Shown: positions 56,992-64,000 of the stretch, one piece after another
Layout: every line of letters starts with the position of its first letter
Position numbering within the stretch: position 1 is the stretch's first letter
Translations under genes and position numbers: made by a program
Assembly (NCBI GenBank): GCA_902826635.1
Contig: CADEFQ010000008.1
Span: forward strand, 23,271 to 87,270
Direction: 5' to 3'
From: an uncultured Pseudomonadota bacterium
Lineage (GTDB): Bacteria; Pseudomonadota; Gammaproteobacteria; Steroidobacterales; Steroidobacteraceae
DNA length: 64,000 nt
The notes under the pieces: model-generated
What the model was told of the DNA's origin: nothing
The model's database searches: none
The model's input: the letters and a program-made list of their open reading frames with translations, nothing else

Positions 56992-58905
56992 ATGCCCGCC
57001 AAAATCATCCAGCGCAACAACAAGGCCTTCAAGAAGGTCAAGGTCGACACCGTCACGATCGACATCATCGAGAGCGCGCTGCGCAACGCGCGCTTCGAGA
57101 TGGACACGGTGCTCTTTCGCACGGCGATGTCGCCGGGCATCCGCGAGCAGCACGACGAATTCCCGATGATCGCGAACGTCGAAGGCAAGATGGTCGTCGG
57201 CCAGTTCGGCTCCTTCATCTGGGGCTTCATGCAGGGCTACGAAGGAACGATCGAGGAAGGCGACATCTTCCTGACCAACGATCCGTACTCGGTCAACGGC
57301 GCGATCAGCCATTCGAACGACTGGCTGATGCTGATGCCGATCTACAAGCAGAAGCGCCTGATCGCCTGGTCCGCGATGTTCGGCCACATGACCGACGTGG
57401 GCGGCAAGGTGCCGGGCTCGCTGCCGACCGACGCGCGCCAGATCTTCGAGGAAGGCATCCGCACGCCGCCCGTCAAGATCTACCAGGGTGGCAAGCTGCA
57501 GGAGGACGTCCTCAAGATCCTGCTGCACAACTGCCGCCTGCCGCACTGGAACCTGTCCGATTTCAACGCGATCACAGCGGCGCTGCGCACCGCGGGCATC
57601 CGCTGCATCGAGATCGCCGAGCGCTTCGGCGACGACGTGTTCTATTCGTCGATGCACGAAATGCTCGAGCGCAACAAGCGCGCGATGCGCGAACTCATCA
57701 AGCGCACCGTGCCCGAAAAGAAGCAGTACTTCGAGGACTACGTCTGCGACGATGGCCTCAACATGGGCCCGTACAAGATCGCCTGCAGCATGTGGCGCGA
57801 GGGGGACAAGTGCATCTTCGATTTTGCGGGTACCGATCCGCAGTCGATCTCTTCGATCAATTTCCTGCTGAACGAAGAGATGTTCAAGATGTTCGCGGGC
57901 GTCTACATGATCATGGTGTTCGACCCGCAGATCCTCTTCAACGACGGCTTCTACGACCTGATGGAAGTGCGCATTCCCGCGGGCACGCTGCTGAAGCCCC
58001 TGAAGCCCGCGGCGCTCTCGTGCCGTACGCACGCGCTCGGGCGCATCTTCGACGTGCTCGGCGGCCTGCTCGGCCAGGGCAACCCGCAGTTCATGTGCGC
58101 GGCCGGGTTTTCGGACAGCCCGCACTTCATGTATTCGGGCTACGACAAGAACGGCGACTGGTACCAGCTGTACCAGATCACCTTCGGCGGCATCCCGGGC
58201 AAGCCGTTCGGCGACGGTCCCGACGGGCACTCGTTGTGGCCCTCGTTCACGAACGTGCCGAACGAGTTCCTCGAGAGCTACTTCCCGCTGCGCATCGACA
58301 TCTACGAGACGATTCCGGACTCGGGTGGCCCCGGCAAGAATCGCGGTGGCAACGGCCTGCGCATCGGTTACCGCTTCCTCGAGCCCGGTGAGATCTCGAT
58401 CCACGACGATCGCTGGCTCACTTATCCGTGGGGTGTCAACGGCGGCCTGCCGGGGGCGCGCAGTCGCAAGACCATGGTGCGCGCCGACGGCAGCGAGCAG
58501 TTGCTCGAATCCAAGCTCGATCGCGTCAAGGTGGAGGCGGGCGACCTGCTGCTTGCCGACACCTGGGGCGGCGGCGGCTGCGGCGACCCGCTCGAGCGCG
58601 AGGCCGAGAAAGTCCGCTTCGACGTCGAGGCGGGGCTCGTCACGGCCGAGGGTGCGCGTCGCTATGGGGTCGTGATCAAGGCCGATGGCTGTTCGATCGA
58701 CGCCGCTGCGACGACGGCGCTGCGCAAGCGGATGGCGACCGAGCGCGGGCCGGCCCAGCTGTTCGATCGCGGCTTCGAGTCGATCGAGGAGCTCAAGGCG
58801 CGCTGCAAGTCCGACACCGGCCTCGAGCCGCCGCGCCAGCCGCAGTTCACGAAGTGGGCGAAGCGCATCGCCGAAGAGCGCAGGAAGGGCGTCAAGGTCG
58901 CCTGA
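56992..58905 (+). CDS. Hydantoinase B/oxoprolinase-type subunit (HyuB family)
   Basis: MPAKIIQRNNKAFKKVKVDTVTIDIIESALRNARFEMDTVLFRTAMSPGIREQHDEF..., NDPY, GGPGKNRGGNG. 637 aa. Trimmed from ORF 56515..58905. Confidence 0.88.
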   Translation: MPAKIIQRNNKAFKKVKVDTVTIDIIESALRNARFEMDTVLFRTAMSPGIREQHDEFPMIANVEGKMVVGQFGSFIWGFMQGYEGTIEEGDIFLTNDPYSVNGAISHSNDWLMLMPIYKQKRLIAWSAMFGHMTDVGGKVPGSLPTDARQIFEEGIRTPPVKIYQGGKLQEDVLKILLHNCRLPHWNLSDFNAITAALRTAGIRCIEIAERFGDDVFYSSMHEMLERNKRAMRELIKRTVPEKKQYFEDYVCDDGLNMGPYKIACSMWREGDKCIFDFAGTDPQSISSINFLLNEEMFKMFAGVYMIMVFDPQILFNDGFYDLMEVRIPAGTLLKPLKPAALSCRTHALGRIFDVLGGLLGQGNPQFMCAAGFSDSPHFMYSGYDKNGDWYQLYQITFGGIPGKPFGDGPDGHSLWPSFTNVPNEFLESYFPLRIDIYETIPDSGGPGKNRGGNGLRIGYRFLEPGEISIHDDRWLTYPWGVNGGLPGARSRKTMVRADGSEQLLESKLDRVKVEAGDLLLADTWGGGGCGDPLEREAEKVRFDVEAGLVTAEGARRYGVVIKADGCSIDAAATTALRKRMATERGPAQLFDRGFESIEELKARCKSDTGLEPPRQPQFTKWAKRIAEERRKGVKVA

Positions 58906-58913
58906 CCACCACC

Positions 58914-59546
58914 ATGGGCGACGACCACTACACCGCCGCCGGTTACGCGAGCACCGACATCGGTTTCGGCAAGCGGGCGGCGGTGCTGGTCGTCGACTTC
59001 CAGGTCGCGTTTACCGATCCGAAGTACCCGATCGGCAATCTGCCGATGGTGCATGCGGCGCGCGACCGCACGGCCGGCTTGCTGAAGGTCGCGCGCGCCC
59101 GGCACGTGCCGGTCGCGAAGTGCTACACGGCCTACGGCAGTCGGGCCGACATGCCGCTGTGGAAGGTGAAGGCGGTGCGCGAGGAGTTCCTCTACGGGCA
59201 CCCTTGCACCGAAATCGACCCGAAGGTGCACGACGCGCAGTACGACTTCACTTTCTGCAAGAACGCACCGTCGATCTTCTTTCTGACGCCGCTGACGACC
59301 TTTCTGACGCGACACGAGGTCGATACCGTGATCGTCACGGGCTGCACGACGAGCGGTTGCGTGCGCGCCTCGATCGTCGACGCGTTCTCGCACGGCTACC
59401 GCGTGATCGTTCCCGAAGACTGTGTCGGAGACGCGGACGAAACCGCGCACAAGGCCAATCTCGCGGACTGCGCGCGCCGCTACTGCGACGTCACCGCTGC
59501 CGCCGACGTCGAGCGCTACCTTCTGGCCCTGGGCCCGGGGGCCTGA
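58914..59546 (+). CDS. Isochorismatase-like cysteine hydrolase (copy B; candidate carbamoyl/amide hydrolase)
   Basis: 210 aa: AAVLVVDFQVAF, KNAPSIFFLT, DTVIVTGCTTSGCVRASIVD. Immediately follows hyuB. Trimmed from ORF 58428..59546. Confidence 0.85.
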   Translation: MGDDHYTAAGYASTDIGFGKRAAVLVVDFQVAFTDPKYPIGNLPMVHAARDRTAGLLKVARARHVPVAKCYTAYGSRADMPLWKVKAVREEFLYGHPCTEIDPKVHDAQYDFTFCKNAPSIFFLTPLTTFLTRHEVDTVIVTGCTTSGCVRASIVDAFSHGYRVIVPEDCVGDADETAHKANLADCARRYCDVTAAADVERYLLALGPGA

Positions 59547-59550
59547 GCCC

Positions 59551-60354
59551 TCAGCGCTCTTCGAGCCAGCCGGTCAGCGCCTCGGCAAACCGGATCTTCT
59601 GCTCCTTCCCCGCGACGACATGTGCCACGTCGTCCCACACGATGCCGCGAGCGCCGGGTATCGCGCGTTCGATCGGCAGCGTCGTGCGCGGGCTCGTCAC
59701 CTGGTCGAGGCCGGAATGCACGATCAGGCTGCGGCAACGGATCGTGTGCAGCCAGGCGGTCGAATCGAAATTCACGCAGGCGTCGATCAGGCGCGAATGC
59801 GTGGGGTAGCGACCTCGCAATTCCTTCCAGCCACCCTCGGGGCCGAGGAGACGATGCCTGTTCGCGTTGTAGTACTCGGGCGTGAAGGACAGCAACGTGA
59901 CGGCTTTCTGGAAGGCCTCGAAGCCGACGTCACGGTGCAGCCAGCGGAACATCTCGAGCTGGTCCCGCAGGAAATCGTCGACCGAGCTCCATGCGCCCAT
60001 GTTGAACATGCTGCGCGCGAGGTCCGGGCGCTGCGCCGCGATCTCCTGGCAGACGCAGGCGCCGATGCCGACGAGGCCGACGAGATGCACGTTCGTGACG
60101 CCGAGGTGATCGAGGAGGGCGATCGCGTCGGCCGCGTGCAGCGCCATCGTGGGCTCGGCGCCGGGATCGTCGGTGGAATCGCAGATGCCCCGGTAGTCGA
60201 ACACGATCACCTGATAGCGATCGGTGAGCCCGCGTGCCAGGTGATGGTGGTTGTCGTGCCCGAACGTGCCCCAGCCGCCCATGCACAGCACCGGTTCGCC
60301 CCGGCCCAGCACCTCGTAATACATGTCGTGGTCATTGAGGCGGGCGATCGGCAT
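59551..60354 (-). CDS. Alpha/beta-fold hydrolase
   Basis: 267 aa: VLCMGGWG, VHLVGLVGIGACV in the nucleophile-elbow position (atypical), and a late His (DDVAHV). Confidence 0.7.
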   Translation of the reverse strand: MPIARLNDHDMYYEVLGRGEPVLCMGGWGTFGHDNHHHLARGLTDRYQVIVFDYRGICDSTDDPGAEPTMALHAADAIALLDHLGVTNVHLVGLVGIGACVCQEIAAQRPDLARSMFNMGAWSSVDDFLRDQLEMFRWLHRDVGFEAFQKAVTLLSFTPEYYNANRHRLLGPEGGWKELRGRYPTHSRLIDACVNFDSTAWLHTIRCRSLIVHSGLDQVTSPRTTLPIERAIPGARGIVWDDVAHVVAGKEQKIRFAEALTGWLEER

Positions 60355-60419
60355 GGCGGACTCCGTGGCGGGAAATCTTATTCTAGCAAATGTCCGGACA
60401 TCCTATGTCGCCCGCCCGA

Positions 60420-61727
60420 TCAGCCGCTCGGCTTTTCGGTGGGTGTCGCGAGCCGCACCCACAGCGCGACGACCATCACGAGCGCATTGACGCAGCCGAT
60501 CATCACGAACGGCGCCCCGGGTCGCCAGTGATCGAACAGCCAGCCGCCGAGCGAAGTCGAGAACATCACCCCGATCGCCGCGCAGAAAGCTGCCACGCCC
60601 ATCACGGACCCCCGATAGTCGCGAGGGGCCTGCTGCCCGAGCAATGCCTGGCCCGCGATGATGCAGCTGAGCTCACCGGCGCCGAGCAACATCATCTTGA
60701 GGGGCATGCCCGGCGCAAACGGGTCGTGGGTCAGTCCGACGATCGCGTAGCCAACCGCGGCGATTCCCATGGCGAGCACGATCACCGTGACCCGATCGAG
60801 CCGGTCCATGAGCCAGCCGAGGATCGGGCCCCAGATGAGGCCCGCGAGCTGCGCCACGCCGTACATGGCGCCGGCTTTCGCCATCGCCGCCGGTCGCGAC
60901 AGGCCGAGTGCAAGACCGGCCTGCATCATCCAGAGCGAGAAGAAGGTGCCGATCACGACCATATCGCCCCGGGCAACGAACGACGTGAGGTAGCCGAGGG
61001 CGAGCCGCGGGTTCGCCCGGCCGGTACGGACTCCGGTGCCGATCAGTTGCAGCAGTGACTCGCGCCGCCGCGTCCGGCCAGCCGCGCCGTCACGCTGCAG
61101 TCCGGCCCAGCTGACCGCCGCCGTGAGAAAGCACAGCGTCGCGCCGATCCAGAACGTGTAGCGACCCGCCATGTCGTCGCTGTGGCCGAGCGTCTCGAAG
61201 CGCAGCGGCAGCTTCGAGAGCACGAGCACCCCGAACATCACGCCAAGCCCCTGCAGTGTCCCCGTTACGCCGACGAGCAGGCCGCGGGAGCGATCCCGGG
61301 GCGTGTCGGCGAGCACCGTGGCCATCACGGTCCCGATCATCGCGGCGCCGATAGCGAAGAACAGTCGCGTCGCGACCAGCTCGGTCAGCGAACCGGCCAG
61401 CGGATAGAGCACATACCCCGCACCGATCCAGGCGAGACCGAGCGTGTAGATGACGCGGCGCCCGATCTTGTCGGCGAGCGCGCCAAAGGGCCCCACGAGG
61501 AGGAGCATCACGATTTCCTGCGTCGTACCGAGGAGGAACGTCGCGCGGCCCTGCTGGGAGCGCGGGATGCCGAGGTGCGCATCGAGGACGAACGGCTGCA
61601 TGAAACTGAGGAAGGACAGCAGGCAGACGCTGAAGAACGCCGCGTAGAGGAAGGTAAGGGCGTTGCCCCGCGTCACCCCTTCGGCGAGATGGATCGGCCC
61701 GAGCCGCTGCGATGGGTTTCCCGTCAT
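60420..61727 (-). CDS. MFS transporter
   Basis: 435 aa, 12-TM pattern, GALADKIGRR loop motif. Trimmed from ORF 60420..61883 to ATG 61727. Confidence 0.8.
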   Translation of the reverse strand: MTGNPSQRLGPIHLAEGVTRGNALTFLYAAFFSVCLLSFLSFMQPFVLDAHLGIPRSQQGRATFLLGTTQEIVMLLLVGPFGALADKIGRRVIYTLGLAWIGAGYVLYPLAGSLTELVATRLFFAIGAAMIGTVMATVLADTPRDRSRGLLVGVTGTLQGLGVMFGVLVLSKLPLRFETLGHSDDMAGRYTFWIGATLCFLTAAVSWAGLQRDGAAGRTRRRESLLQLIGTGVRTGRANPRLALGYLTSFVARGDMVVIGTFFSLWMMQAGLALGLSRPAAMAKAGAMYGVAQLAGLIWGPILGWLMDRLDRVTVIVLAMGIAAVGYAIVGLTHDPFAPGMPLKMMLLGAGELSCIIAGQALLGQQAPRDYRGSVMGVAAFCAAIGVMFSTSLGGWLFDHWRPGAPFVMIGCVNALVMVVALWVRLATPTEKPSG

Positions 61728-61888
61728 GCGAATGCCCCCGTTGAATGATTTGCGCGATCGTACCCGCGCGGTTCGGCCCGTCGCGCCGGCGACGGGCCGT
61801 TGACCGGTGCGCGGACCGTCGCGCCGCACGCTTGACCACTTTGTTCTATTGCTGGTACAAAGTGGCGCCACCCCAAGGAGCATACCCG

Positions 61889-62776
61889 ATGAGCACTCAG
61901 CAGGGTTCGAGCCGCGTCGCGGCGCCGGATGCGCGGAGCCTGCGGCCCCTTACGGGCGCGCTGGGTTGTGAAGTCTCCGGCGTCGACCTCGCAAACCTCG
62001 ACGATGCGGCGTTCGCGTGGGTCCACGCGGCATTCCTCGAGCATTCCGTGCTCGTGTTCCACGACCAGAAGCTCGACGAGGCGACGCTCGCGGCGTTCGG
62101 CCGCCGCTTCGGCCAGCTCGAGGAGGAGCCGTTCCTGCCGCTGCGTGCGGAGACGGAAGGCGTTTACCAATTGCGCGGGGCCGGCAAGAACGAGCAGCGC
62201 CTGTCCACGCAGAACCTCGGCTGGCACGTGGACCACAGCTATCAGAAGAATCCGAGCCTCGGCGCGGTGCTCTATGCCGTCGACGTGCCGGAGGCCGGTG
62301 GCGATACGCTGTTTGCGAACATGATGCTCGCGTACGAAGGGCTGTCGGCAACGATGCGGCAGTTCCTGTCGGGGCTCACCGGCATCCACGACGTCCTGCA
62401 CTACGGCATCAACTCCGGGCACCACTCGATTTCGAGTGAAGCGGGGCTCGCGCGGCTCGCGCAGGCGCGCGCGCGCTTCCCGCAGACCGAGCATCCGCTC
62501 GTCTGCACCCATCCGGAGAATGGCCGCAAGATCCTCTACATCAACAAGGGCTGGACGAGCGCGATCAAGGAACTGGCGCCGGCCGAAGGCCGCGCGCTCC
62601 TCGCGATGCTCAACGAGCACGCGCTGCAGCCGGTGCATCAGTGCCGCGTGCGCTATCGCAACGGAACCGTCTGCGTGTGGGACAACCGCTGCGTGCAGCA
62701 CAGCCCGAACTCCGACTATTCGGCGCCACGGCACATGCTGCGAGTGGCGCTGCACAGCGACTGGGTTCCCGCCTGA
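61889..62776 (+). CDS. TauD/TfdA-family Fe(II)/2-oxoglutarate dioxygenase
   Basis: 295 aa: LGWHVDHSY (HxD), GGDTLFAN, CVWDNRCVQH, RHMLRVAL. Trimmed from ORF 61745..62776; AAGGAG lies upstream. Confidence 0.85.
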   Translation: MSTQQGSSRVAAPDARSLRPLTGALGCEVSGVDLANLDDAAFAWVHAAFLEHSVLVFHDQKLDEATLAAFGRRFGQLEEEPFLPLRAETEGVYQLRGAGKNEQRLSTQNLGWHVDHSYQKNPSLGAVLYAVDVPEAGGDTLFANMMLAYEGLSATMRQFLSGLTGIHDVLHYGINSGHHSISSEAGLARLAQARARFPQTEHPLVCTHPENGRKILYINKGWTSAIKELAPAEGRALLAMLNEHALQPVHQCRVRYRNGTVCVWDNRCVQHSPNSDYSAPRHMLRVALHSDWVPA

Positions 62777-62791
62777 TGCACGGCGGGTGCC

Positions 62792-63577
62792 TCAATGCCG
62801 ACCGCGAGTCAGGTAGGCGTGGTGCGTGTAGCTGTCGGCGCGGTACCACTGCTGCACTCGCTCGACTCGCCGGCCGCGATCATCCACGACCAGCAGTCGC
62901 ACGCTGACGAGCGGGGCGCCGACTTCCGTTTCCAGGAGGGCGGCGAGCTTCAGGTCGGCGAGCGTCGCGCCGATGAACTGGTCGGCGCCGACGATGTTCA
63001 TGCCCTTGCGGTTGAGCAGCGTGAACATGGGGCTGCGATTGAGTTCGCCGGGGTCGATCACGCGGGCGACAGCCAGCGGCACGCTCGTTTCCACGTACCC
63101 CACGGGCAACTGGTCGGCGACGCGTACGTGCGAGGCCCGCACCACGCGAGCTCCCGCCGGCAGCGCAAGGTCCGCGCGCGTCATGTCGTCCGCCAGGACT
63201 TCCTCGACCCGGGCATGCCTCTGGCGTGAACCGGCGCCGAGGCGCTTCGCGCGGCGCATCAGTTGATCGAGGTCGCTGCGGACCGGCGCGGTCGACAGAT
63301 CGGATAGCACGAACGTGCCGCGACCCGCGTGGCGCGACACGAGCCGTTCGCCGACGAGCAGCTGGACCGCCTGGCGCGCGGTATTGCGCGAAACGCCGAG
63401 ACGGGCCGCGAGCTCCTGCTCCGTGGGCAGCTTCGAGCCCGGCGGATAGCGCCCTTCGAAGATCCATTCGCGCAGCGCGTTGTAAAGCTGCGCGTACTTG
63501 GGCGTGCGCAGCGTCGCGGAGATGGCGGTGTCGAGCCCGGATCGCGCGCGACGCCGCCCGGTACGGCCGCCTTTCAT
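62792..63577 (-). CDS. GntR-family transcriptional regulator (HutC/UTRA type)
   Basis: YAQLYNALREWIFEGRYPPGSKLPTEQELAARLGVSRNTARQAVQLLVGERLV (wHTH) plus a C-terminal UTRA-like domain. The start abuts the aldehyde dehydrogenase stop. Confidence 0.85.
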   Translation of the reverse strand: MKGGRTGRRRARSGLDTAISATLRTPKYAQLYNALREWIFEGRYPPGSKLPTEQELAARLGVSRNTARQAVQLLVGERLVSRHAGRGTFVLSDLSTAPVRSDLDQLMRRAKRLGAGSRQRHARVEEVLADDMTRADLALPAGARVVRASHVRVADQLPVGYVETSVPLAVARVIDPGELNRSPMFTLLNRKGMNIVGADQFIGATLADLKLAALLETEVGAPLVSVRLLVVDDRGRRVERVQQWYRADSYTHHAYLTRGRH

Positions 63578-64000
63578 TCAGGCGCCGAAGCGGTGCATCG
63601 GCGGCGGGTCGATCGGAATGATCGTCGCCTTTTGTTCGGTGAAGAAATCCACGCTCGCCGCCGGACCGTCGCGGCCGATCCCTGATTCCTTGTACCCGCC
63701 GAACGGCGCTCGCAGCTCGCGCATCATCGGCGTATTGATCCACACGGTACCCGCGCGGATTTCGCGCGAGCAGCGCATCGCCGTGCCGAGATCGTCCGAC
63801 CAGACATAGCTCGCGAGCCCGAACTTCGAGCGGTTCGCCAGCGCGATCGCTTCATCGAGCGTGTCGAATTCGACGAAAGTCGCAAACGGACCGAAGATCT
63901 CTTCCTGGCAGACGCGCGCCTCGTTCGAGCGCGCCAGCACCGCGGTCGGCTCGACGAACCAGCCGCGCTCGAGCGCCGCGCGCCGACCGCCGGTGAGCAG
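63578..64000 (-). CDS. NAD(P)-dependent aldehyde dehydrogenase, C-terminal part; 5-prime end outside the window
   Basis: QEEIFGPFATFVEFDTLDEAIALANRSKFGLASYVWS ... PFGGYKESGIGRDG (ALDH signature region). The frame is open to the window edge. Confidence 0.85.
   Translation of the reverse strand: MLTGGRRAALERGWFVEPTAVLARSNEARVCQEEIFGPFATFVEFDTLDEAIALANRSKFGLASYVWSDDLGTAMRCSREIRAGTVWINTPMMRELRAPFGGYKESGIGRDGPAASVDFFTEQKATIIPIDPPPMHRFGA

Noticed and set aside
1-64000. Window-wide look for CRISPR arrays, tRNA/rRNA genes, IS elements, integrases, toxin-antitoxin pairs, retrons or other defence modules
   Set aside because: None found. No spaced direct repeats, no cloverleaf-like sequences in intergenic gaps, and no transposase/integrase/RT/nuclease-like translations. 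All intergenic gaps except 40102-40576 and 19131-19463 are short.

Overview
High-GC proteobacterial chromosome, ordinary core and accessory metabolism. Gene content and order suggest a Xanthomonadales-like gammaproteobacterium: bifunctional hisB, a yerC-like gene ahead of hisGDCBHAF(I), tonB-exbB-exbD-exbD, and a SAM-I riboswitch ahead of metX. This is an inference only. All calls come from reading the ORF translations and the DNA by eye; no searches were run.

Layout:
- 1-6953 (-): his operon headed by a TrpR-like YerC/YecD gene.
- 7100-9551 (+): promoter, SAM-I riboswitch, metX, metB.
- 9.6-13.4 kb: GFA-family protein, MDR oxidoreductase, LytS/LytTR two-component pair.
- 13455-19130 (-): ilvC-leuA-leuC-leuD-leuB, with a Leu/Val-rich leader ORF and an intrinsic terminator upstream (attenuator).
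- 19464-24696 (+): M17 aminopeptidase, EamA transporter, MFS transporter, ilvD.
- 24944-28553 (+): tonB-exbB-exbD-exbD and a TPR protein.
- 28672-34152 (+): cyanophycinase, cyanophycin synthetase, and a second synthetase-like gene without an ATP-grasp domain.
- 34.2-38.4 kb: amino-acid permease, D-aminoacylase, DUF1611 protein.
- 38.4-46.0 kb: visibly lower-GC segment with an Asp/Asn beta-hydroxylase-like oxygenase, an MTHFR-like protein, a TonB-dependent receptor, an unknown protein and a TPR-sulfotransferase.
- 46.0-50.7 kb: Lrp regulator, dipeptide-epimerase-like enolase, OmpR-type two-component pair, OM beta-barrel.
- 50.7-64 kb: divergent catabolic operons with CoA-transferase, HMG-CoA-lyase-like, hydantoinase A/B, two isochorismatase-like hydrolases, TauD-like dioxygenase, GntR regulator and aldehyde dehydrogenase.

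I saw no rRNA, tRNA, CRISPR array, transposase, integrase or recognisable defence system. The most unusual items are the TBDR-linked protein-modification island, the domain-deleted cyanophycin synthetase paralogue, the repressor-type his leader region and the uncharacterised hydantoinase cluster. None can be called a novel system from sequence alone.
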